Shown here piece after piece: positions 54,465 to 64,000 of a DNA stretch of 64,000 nt. The number at the start of each line of letters is the position of its first letter. Position 1 is the stretch's first letter. A program made the position numbers and the translations under genes. The stretch covers positions 87,234,001 through 87,298,000 of the forward strand of contig NC_043003.1 in assembly GCF_006345805.1 (NCBI RefSeq), given 5' to 3'. The notes beneath the pieces were generated by a model. That model did not search any database, was not told the origin of the DNA, and was given only the letters and a program-made list of their open reading frames with translations. The stretch comes from Octopus sinensis. Taxonomy: Eukaryota.

Positions 54465-55790
54465 GCAAAGTATCCACAAGTATGATCTTTTGTAATTTGG
54501 GGACCATCAGGAATTTGGACTATATATTTTCTTGCTGCTTTCAATATCATTCTGAGTGCCCTGATAACAATAGGTAATGCTGCTGCCCTGAGATGCTGCA
54601 TTCTTCTGATTTCTGTCTCCAAGTCTATATATTTGTTTAATTTCTTAAAAATGTACTGAGATGCATCTGGGATCCTAACAATCACCTAAAGTTGCCTTTT
54701 CAACATGATTTTTCACAATATCTGTTCAGTTACCCTGTTCAATTGCCACCGCTGTCATCACCACCACAACCCCCTCCCACCCACCACCAAGCACCCACCC
54801 ACTCACCACACACACACACACACAGATATACAACAACACCAAGCACCCAACCAACACACACATACACACATGCATACATACACACACACACACACCACTG
54901 CCACCACTATCACCACCACCACTATCACCACCACCATTATCACCACCACTATTACCACCACTACCACTGGCACTGCCACCACCGCCACAACTACCATCAT
55001 CACCACCACTACCACTGCCACTGCTACCACTGCCTCAGTCTGAACACTGAATTTATAAAGGATCTAACTTCAGCATTCTACTCAATTTGTGGCAGTTTAT
55101 GTTCCAACCAATTCTCTTTGTGAGTGAGGTTCTGTTTACACTATGGTGATCCATGCATGTACTGAGCTTCCTTGTCGTGTTGTGCAAATACTCTGTTGGT
55201 GCCACTCAGCTTCATTCGGGGATTATGTAGTCAGTTTTTCTCTGGCACTAATATACCCCTCAGTTTCTGACTTCAGGCCAGAGCATGCCAGTCCCTGATG
55301 GTTAAGGGTTTGGTCAAGATCTAATCAGGTATTTGACATGCAGTGGTTCTTGTTCCCATTTCTTCTAAGTGTATTGGGGGTTGATTTGTTTGGCTGCATT
55401 TTTTATTTGCATTGTTTTTTCAGTTGGGGACTCATTTCCATCAGGTAGTAGTTCATTTAATTGTATTTTCTAAAGGAATATTGTTGCCTTTTTCATCATT
55501 AAGTGCAACTTTTTGGTACCTTCATGTTTCAGAACCAGCTTTACCATCCAGTCATTTGTTAGTTGCAGGTAAGCAGAAGGTAAATATGGCAATGAAGATG
55601 ATTGAGAATGAAACAGTCTAAATGAAATTACTGTAGTTGTCTTCCTGGATTCAGGTTCAACATCCACAAGAATCATTCTTATTATTCATCTCTCCTAAGT
55701 CAGATAAATAAATACCTTGAATAAATTGTCGTCAGTTCAATTGATTAGTCCCTTCTCTTTCAAAAAAATGCCCTTGAGCTGATGTAGAAA
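54465..55790 (-). mobile_element. R4/Dong-like LINE remnant (post-RT region to RLE), interrupted
   Basis: KGLI, KKWEQEPLHVKY, KKLNKYIDLETEIRRM...LPIVIRAL motifs. Confidence 0.7.
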
Positions 55791-57218
55791 ATCAAAACAA
55801 AAAAGAAAAAAGGTAACATTGATAGAAATATTACCAAATTCCTCTTGCTTAGTGTTAACCTTATAATTAACAGTGAAACACCTGCAAAACTGAAAATGCT
55901 ATTTTGACACAAATTCACATAGCTATTCTCCCTGCATTGATTTTCTTTCAACCATGTATAATTAATTATAAATAGCATAGAACAAATCTGTTTCTTTAGA
56001 AGGATTTTTATATATTTTTATATATTTTATGACAATCTCTCTCTCTCTGATTCCTGTTGTGTTATGTCCTATTGAGTATCCAGTAAATTACTGCAACACA
56101 AAGATCCCTTTTAACCCCCTTTGTTTCAGTTTATTTCAGAAAATAATGAAGAACTCAGTATAACTTTGTCATTATTAAACTGGTATTAGGGCAGTAAACT
56201 GACAGAACCATCAGAACATTGAAAAATACTTTGTGGCATTTCTTGTGGACTAATATGTTATGAGTTCAAATCCTGCCAGGGTCAATTTTACTTTTTATTC
56301 CTCCAGAATCAATAAAATAAAATTCCACTCAGTACTATGGTCGATGGTAGCAATGAAACCATAACCCTAAAAACTGCTGCTTTAGTGTCTAAATCAAAAG
56401 CCATTATTAGTTCTTTAGCATTTAAACTGACCATATGCACCCCAAATATTCTATCTGTTTAATGATCAAACTGGCAAGATCCAGCTGTTCACTCTTATCC
56501 TATATTATCGTTTTAACAATAAACAACTATATCATCCAAATCTCAAAACTACAAGATAATGGCTAATTAATTCAAAGAATATGAGTTAATTAGCATTACA
56601 TTTAACAAAGTAATTTGTATACTTAAGGGTTAAGCTGGTGTCAGGTTGGTGAACTGGCAGAAACATTAGAGTGTTGGCAAAAATATCTTATAGTATTTCG
56701 TTTGGCTCTTTACATTTTGAGTTCAAATCTTGTGAAAGCCAACTTTGCCTTTGAGGCCAATAAAATAATGTACTAGTCAAGTCTTGGAGTCGATGATATT
56801 AACTAACTATCACTTCTCAAGGTTGCTGGCCTTGTGCCTTAGTTTGAAACCATTATTAAACTGGTATTTGCAATATAAATTAGCATGGAATTTTAATGCA
56901 AGGTTTTAATTCAGACTGCTTTTAAAAAGGTGGGGGCAGTCTCAGGTGGGTTGGTATCAAAAGGAGTAAAGCCTTTGTAGTCAGGAGTTGAATTCATTAT
57001 TACAGCCCATTGAAACACTTGTCAATTATCACGAAATTGCTGTTTTATTAAGTTTGGTGTAGATGTGGTTGTGTGGTAAGAAACTTGCTTCCCAAACACA
57101 TGGTTATGGGTTCAGTTCCACAGCATGGCACCTTGGGCAAATATCTTTTACTATAGCCACAGGTCAATCAAAGCCTTGTGAGTATATTTGGTACACAGAA
57201 ACTGGAAGAAGCCAGTTG

Positions 57219-57272
<54 letters not shown>

Positions 57273-57331
57273 GTGCATGTATATATATGTATGCATACAT
57301 ATATATATATACATACATACATATATATATA

Positions 57332-57387
<56 letters not shown>

Positions 57388-57479
57388 TATATATAATAGT
57401 AACAGGAAAGGAAGAATTTCAATTATTCCCATATGGTGAGTTGTAATATATATAAGAAATTAAAGAAGGAAAATACACA

Positions 57480-58262
57480 CACTTTACACAGTTTTAACAT
57501 AATTTTTAATATATCGACTGGTTTCATTTTTGCTATCCATGACATTAAGATTTAATTTAATCATTTAAACACGTATTTTCTTAAGAAGAAATTTTTTTGG
57601 TCCATGTTGTATGTGATATTTCTGAGTGAATGATACAAACAGCAGAAAAACTCAGGGGAGGTAATTGGTTATCGTTATTATTGTTATCATTGTGGGCAGG
57701 GGAGATAACTGTTCAGCCTTTGGTGGGGGGATATATATATACATACACAAAAATTCAAAAACTAGTTTAGTGAGGAGATGTATGTACAGTGATGTAATCA
57801 TGAATTAAGATATGTAAAGAGATCAAAGTTGGTTATGCGTGTAATATTTAAATGTGTTCTGTATTTTTCAAAGAAAAAAGTTTCTTTAATTGTAGAGAAA
57901 TTGTATCTTTGCACTGGTAGAAGGAAAAGACTGTGAAATTTGGTTTGATGTTACCTGCACATTTCTCTATGTGTTCACTTAGTGGAATTTGTCTGTTTTG
58001 TGTGAACCAGATCTGCTCTTTATGTAGAGTGGTTCTCTGTCTCAAAGTCATACTCGTCTATCCAATATAGTGTTGTCCACAACCCGAGCAGGTTATTACA
58101 TAAATTAGGTTCTCAGGGGCTCAAGTGAAACTGGTTTTAATTGTGAAGCTCTCTCCTTGTTTGAAAAGGAAATCCGAGCCTTCAAGTAGGTTGGGGCATG
58201 TTCCACAGTTTAGGTGTCCAAAGCTTTTAACCGTTGGTTTCATGGTTGTTTTGTAAATCCAA
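57480..58262 (-). mobile_element. Penelope-like element: Cys linker, GIY-YIG endonuclease and pLTR
   Basis: NCGTCPNL...ENLIYVITCSGCGQHYIG*TSMTLRQRTTLHKEQI. Confidence 0.88.
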
Positions 58263-58624
58263 ATGAAGAACTCATCAAATAGGAAATAATTGATGATGCA
58301 ATTATTCTTTTACTTGTTTCAGTCATTTGACTGCAGTCATGCTGGAGCAATGACGTTAGTCGAAGAAATCAACCCCAGGACTTATTTTTGAAAGCCTAGT
58401 ACTTATCCAATTGGTCACTTTGCCAAACCATTAAGTTTCAGGGACGTAAACACATTAATATCAGTTGTCAAGCAATGGCAGGAGGACAAACACAGACACA
58501 CAAATACATACATATATGCATATATATATATAGGGAGAATCAACAAAAAAAAAACAAAAGACGAAGACAGGTGGTGTAGAAAGCAAACAGATGTATTAGT
58601 ATAACGCTCGGGAATTAAAAAAGT

Positions 58625-58660
58625 CTTTAACGTTTTGAGCCTACGCTCTTCCACAGAAAG
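58625..58660 (-). ncRNA. degenerate minimal hammerhead motif
   Basis: CTTT-CTGTGGA-A-GAGC gtag GCTC-AAAA-CG-TT-AAAG; two core mismatches. Confidence 0.4.
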
Positions 58661-59571
58661 AAACAAGGTGAGAAAAAAGATATATATATATACAATGGGC
58701 TTCTTTCACTTTCTCTCTGCCAAATCCACTCACAAGGTTTTGGTTGGCCTGACGGTATAGTAGAAGACACTTGCCCAAGGTACCATGCAGCGGAACGGAA
58801 CCCGGAACCAGGTGATTAGGAAGCAAGTTTCTTACCAGATAAACAAGCCTGCGCCTGATTAAAACAAGTAGCATATTTGGGTCAGATATGGCCTGCTTAA
58901 ATGCTAAAGGGTTAAAAGTGTAAAAATTATAAAAGATCGAATTATCGAGGAAAAATGAAACCCTTAAGTACATCACTAGAAAATAAAGAAAAATAAATAA
59001 TGGGGGGGTGGATAAGCAACAGAAGTTGGTAGGGGAGGGGTGATGGGTTGTATACACCTCAAAACAAACGGTGTATTTAACTGTGCCTCATGGACATGAT
59101 TGTGTGGTCCTGATTGTTTACCAACAGTAAATTTTAATTATTCATATAACCCGTTTATAATTAGACTAACATATTTGAGACAGGAAACACCAAAGCTTCA
59201 TTGAAACAGCTAACTGTAGTTCATAAAGCTAAAAAGGAACATTATATGCATCATCATCATCAGCAGTGGCAGCAGCATTTAGATTTTTTTGCTTTTATTC
59301 TTTCACTTGTTTCAGTCATTAGTCTGTGGCCAAGCTGGGGCACAACCTTAAAGAATTTTTAGCCAAATGAATTGATGCCAGTAACTTTTTTTTTTTTCTC
59401 ATAGCCTGGTACTTATTTTATTGCTCTCTTTTGCTGAGCTGCTAAGTTATGGGGATGTGAACATACCAATATCAGTTGTCATGCAGTGGTGGGAGACAAA
59501 CATAGACATAATCACACACACAAACTCACTTATACACACACATGCATATTTATATATACACACACTCACAT

Positions 59572-59613
<42 letters not shown>

Positions 59614-59799
59614 AATACATACTACACAGATATATAATAACATATATATATATATATATGGCATTGAAAGGGTTAAGTGGAGCAAATGAGTGACATAACC
59701 ACTAGGAAAATAGTTACTATAAATATTTATGTGGAATAGATAGCAGAATGTTAGTAATCTTGTTGTGTGGACTTAGTAAAAGGACTTAGTAAAACATTA

Positions 59800-60286
59800 C
59801 ACATCCATCGGATCATACTGGCTTCATTCCTTGTGAGCTTACGCATGTCCTCAGCATTCACAGCCTATGTTTCACTACCATGTAGCATGGCTGTTCGTAC
59901 ACATGCGTCATACACTCTACCTTTTACTCTGATGAGCAAGGGCCCTTTGTCACTAGCAGGGGTAAGAGCTCTCTGAACTTTAGCAGCTACACTTTCAGAG
60001 CCCCTCCCCCGCTACTGACTTGGCCACCTAGGTAACGGAAGCTATCAACAACTTCTAGGTTTTCTTCCTTGAATGTGGCGGAAGTTGTTCTCTGCGCATT
60101 GTCAGTGTTTATTGCACCCGAGCATCTGCCACATACAAAAGCTATCTTCCCAGTTAGCCTTCCTTTGATATTGCTGCAACCTCTATGTGTCCATACCTTA
60201 CACTGGGTACATCTTATAGAGTTTCTACCTTCACTTCTACTACAGATCGAGCAGGGCATCTACCTGAAGGGATTTGTGGTTTGCCA
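59800..60286 (-). mobile_element. RTE-clade LINE fragment with PHD-like Cys/His finger
   Basis: PCSIC...SIRCTQCKVWTHRGC...FVCGRC then VDSFRYLG. Confidence 0.85.
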
Positions 60287-60335
60287 TATATATATATATA
60301 TATATACGTATATATGTTTAATATATATATATATG

Positions 60336-60835
60336 CTAGCAGTATCGCCCGGCGTTGCTCGGTTTGTAAGGGAAATAACTATATAAGCATTTTTAGAGAG
60401 TTACTTTCCCTCATAGATGCCAATTCGGGCTTCTTAGCCATTTCTGTTTGGGTGTCTTCAAGCCATGAAGTCGTTGTTCTAAAAGAACGTTGTCTCCTTG
60501 ACAACGCATTACGACGTTGATTTCCTTAAACTCCCTTCCCCACAGCTTCACGAGGGAGGGAATAAGGGGGAGAAGCAAACACAGGTGCAGGTGTTTGAGC
60601 GTGGACGGCCAACTCCGCCGCCATCGACACGAAAAATTATGCATTAAAATGGAATAAAATGTTAAATTATTTTTAAAATCGTAGACCCTCATCGTAGACG
60701 CGCGCTAATAGCCAGACGGGCTCGATATTAATCACGACTATAAGCTACCCGAATTTGGTTAACTGCAAGCACCGCAAAATGTGGGAGGAGTTAGGAATCT
60801 AAATCGTAGGAGACAGACACTCACACAACTACAGT
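60336..60835 (-). mobile_element. non-autonomous Helitron, 5' terminus replaced
   Basis: near-identical reverse complement of 47003-47519 but lacking the first ~14 nt. Confidence 0.85.
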
Positions 60836-61062
60836 AAACGAAGTGATCCCAAGATAAGAAATCTTTGAACTTTAATTCACCCCGTATCTCTATTTATTAT
60901 TATTTATTATGTATCATTATTCTGAGCCCCCTATTCGCCACTCTGTTTACTATTTCAGCCTCGCCTCGTTTTTGCATATTCTGTATAATTCATTAGTTAT
61001 CGTTATAGATATTTAAGATCTATCTCCCTTACAGGGCTGATCGAATTGGCCGCCGATTCTTC

Positions 61063-61830
61063 GAACCCCCCTCTTCAATACGCTATTTCACCATGCATTA
61101 CCCCTCTCTCGATATCCTACGTTCTACTTGCCTAGAACCTGTCCTCTGAACCACCCCTCCCACTGGTGCTCCCCTATATTTTCTGTCACCCCACCACCAC
61201 CATTATAGGTGTCTACTCTTTGAACCCCCCTCTTCAATACGCTATTTCACCATGCATTACCCCTCTCTCGATATCCTACGTTCTACTTGCCTAGAACCTG
61301 TCCTCTGAACCACCCCTCCCACTGGTGCTCCCCTATATTTGCACCCCCCCCACCACCATTATAGGTGTCTACTCTTTGAACCCCCCTCTTCAATACGCTA
61401 TTTCACACATGCATTACCCCTCTCTCGATATCCTACGTTCTACTTGCCTAGAACCTGTCCTCTGAACCACCCCTCCCACTGGTGCTCCCCTATATTTCTG
61501 CACCCCCCCCACCACCATTATAGTGTCTACTCTTTGAACCCCCCTCTTCAATACGCTATTTCACCATGCATTACCCCTCTCTCGATATCCTACGTTCTAC
61601 TTGCCTAGAACCTGTCCTCAGAACCACCCCTCCCACTGGTGCTCCCCTATATTTCTGCACCCTCCCCCACCACCATTATAGGTGTCTACTCTTTGAACCC
61701 CCCTCTTCAATACGCTATTTCACCATGCATTACCCTTCTCTCGATTTTCTACGTTCTAACTTACCTAGAACCTGTCCTCTGAACCACCCCTCCCACTGGT
61801 GTTCCCCTATATTTCTGCACCCCCCCCCCC
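61063..61830. repeat. ~158-bp tandem repeat, ~5 copies
   Basis: units start at 61063, 61222, 61378, 61536, 61695. Confidence 0.95.
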
Positions 61831-62118
61831 TAAAAAGCACCATCCGAACGTGGCCGATGCCAGACCCCTCTGGCACCTGTGCAGGTGGCACGTAAAAAAC
61901 ACCCCTACACTCGCGGAGTGGTTGGCGTTAGGAAGGGCATCCAGCTGTAGAAACACTGCCAGACTAGACTGGAGCCTGGGGCAGTCCCGAGCTCCCCAGA
62001 CCCCGGTCGAAACCGTCCAACCCGTGCTAGCGCGGAAAACGGACGTAAAACGATGATGATGATGATGATGATACATACACATATGTATATATATACATAT
62101 ATATATATACATACACAG

Positions 62119-62175
<57 letters not shown>

Positions 62176-62871
62176 TATATATATATATATATATATACAA
62201 CTTATAAACAAGGGCAAAAGAAAATTATTTCTATGCCATATGCTGATAATAGACTTTTAAATCGTCAATTTCCACATATTATTATGTGGAAGTACGTTGT
62301 GCTGAAATCGAGGAAAGCTTACCCAACAGAATTTTTTTAAAAGTTCGTTATCTCTATATTGAGATCTCATAATTTATATAGATTTATATATATATATATA
62401 CATATATATGATGGGTTCTTTCAGTTTCTGTCTACCAAAACCACTCTCATGGGTTTAGTTGGCCTCAGGCTATGATAGAAAACACTTGCCCAATGAGCCA
62501 AGTTGTGAGACTGAACCAAGAACCGTGTGGTTAAGAAGCAAGTTGAGGTGGTGCAGATATAAGAGTGTAGGGAAATGATACTCAGTAATCCTTTTGATAT
62601 CATGATTTTTTTGAAACACACACAAACTTTTTCCTTAATTTTTTACTTGCTTTAGTTATTAGCCTGCAGTCATGCTGGGGCATCACCTTGAAGAATTTTA
62701 ATTAAATAAATTGATCCCAGTAGTTAATTGTTTTGTAAGCCTTGTACTTATTCTATCAATCTCCCATTCAAAACCACTAAACAACCTAATACCTGTTGTC
62801 AAATAGCGTAGGGGATAAACACGGACACACACCTATATCTGTCTATCTATTTATCTATCTATCTATCTATC

Positions 62872-62938
<67 letters not shown>

Positions 62939-64000
62939 AAGGGTTTCTTTCAGTTTCTGTCAACCAAATCCATTCACAATGCTTTGGTTGGCCTGAGGCT
63001 TTAGCAGAAAACACTGCCATGTAGTAGGATTGAACCTGGAACCATGTGGTTGAGAAGCAAGCTTCTTACCATATAGCCATGCCTGAAAATAATGAAGAAT
63101 TTAGTAAAAATAATTTATCATTAATAAGCTAGTGTCTGGAATATAAACCACCATGAAATTTTGATAAAAGGTTTCCATTTAACCTTTAGCACACTGCATT
63201 TTTTTCCAGAATTGTTTCCCCTGCCATAGCCCTGTTACAAGAGGAGAGAAAACTCATACAGTGATATAGTGCACCTACAGTATGCTAAAGATTAAGTCAC
63301 TTTAAAATAGGAAGTTTTCCTCAGAGGACTTGGGGGTGGTGTCAGAGAGAATGATATCAAGTGTGTTAAATGTCTAGTTCTATGGTGATTCAAATTACAA
63401 ATAAGTCTTCTTTACCATTTTTTCTTTTTCTTTTTTGCTTCCATGACTCATTCTTCTAGGACTTCCACAATGAATCCTTTCGTTTACCTTTTACTTCTTT
63501 CAGGCATTGGACTGCAACTATGCTTGGGCACCACCTTGAAAATTTTCAGTACTTCTTCTTGCTGGGGACTTTTGTCAAATCCTTCCTATTATCCCAAAAA
63601 GCACACCAGCTGATGAATTAAATGCTTGCCTTAAAATTCTCAACTTTGGCACTCTGTCCAGTCAAGAATATTAATCATAAACATGCGTTCCATTCTCCAC
63701 CAACAAGATGATGACAATTCCTTTGCTCCAAAGTTATTGGGTGTCGGGAATGGAAGCTTACCACTCGGCATAAATGGTTTGGCTGACATAAGCACCATTG
63801 GTAACTACATCTCCAGCCCTGAGGAGCTATGCAGTTTACCCCAACCTCTCTACCAATTACATAATTCATGAATGGATGTGTGAAAGAGCCATCTTAGCTC
63901 CAACAAATTCCACCATTCAAGCCCTAAACACATGTCTGCTTTGTCAACTTCCTGACCAAGAGTGATGCTATGTTTTGGTTGATTCAGTTACTGATCCAAC

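Noticed and set aside
55350-55790. Minus-strand frame with many in-frame TGA and a hydrophobic stretch (selenoprotein or host exon?)
   Set aside because: It continues into KWEQEPLH.KY and RLE motifs, so it is a CpG-decayed R4-like LINE; it also contains an in-frame TAG.
62243-62312. CTGATAA...GAAATCGA hammerhead-like motif
   Set aside because: Core mismatch, with no stem I or UH triplet.
63675-63869. ORF ending VGGEWNACL (APE endonuclease GDFN-like)
   Set aside because: A single weak motif, too degraded to call.

Overview
AT-rich, repeat-dense eukaryotic DNA. The 5S sequence, SINE families and microsatellite load suggest a cephalopod, probably Octopus (inference). No intact protein-coding gene is present, and nearly all long ORFs in the track are microsatellite artefacts. 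Splice-aware reading reveals a plus-strand gene remnant of 13 exons (2163-46983, about 393 codons). Its intron phases are all compatible and it has no frameshift, but it has 12 in-frame stops, mostly TGA, consistent with CpG decay. I could not identify the protein. Exon 7 lies in one arm of a ~950 bp inverted duplication (11519-12472 / 13425-14375). About 380 nt downstream is a well-formed type I hammerhead ribozyme on the same strand. Several more hammerhead-like motifs occur in Penelope-like fragments and in one tRNA-headed element. The window also holds a 5S rRNA-headed retroposon, RTE, R4/Dong-like and CR1 LINE remnants, Tc1/mariner, Chapaev3-like and Helitron elements, a MITE containing TTAGGG repeats, palindromes, two tandem arrays and many SINEs and microsatellites.
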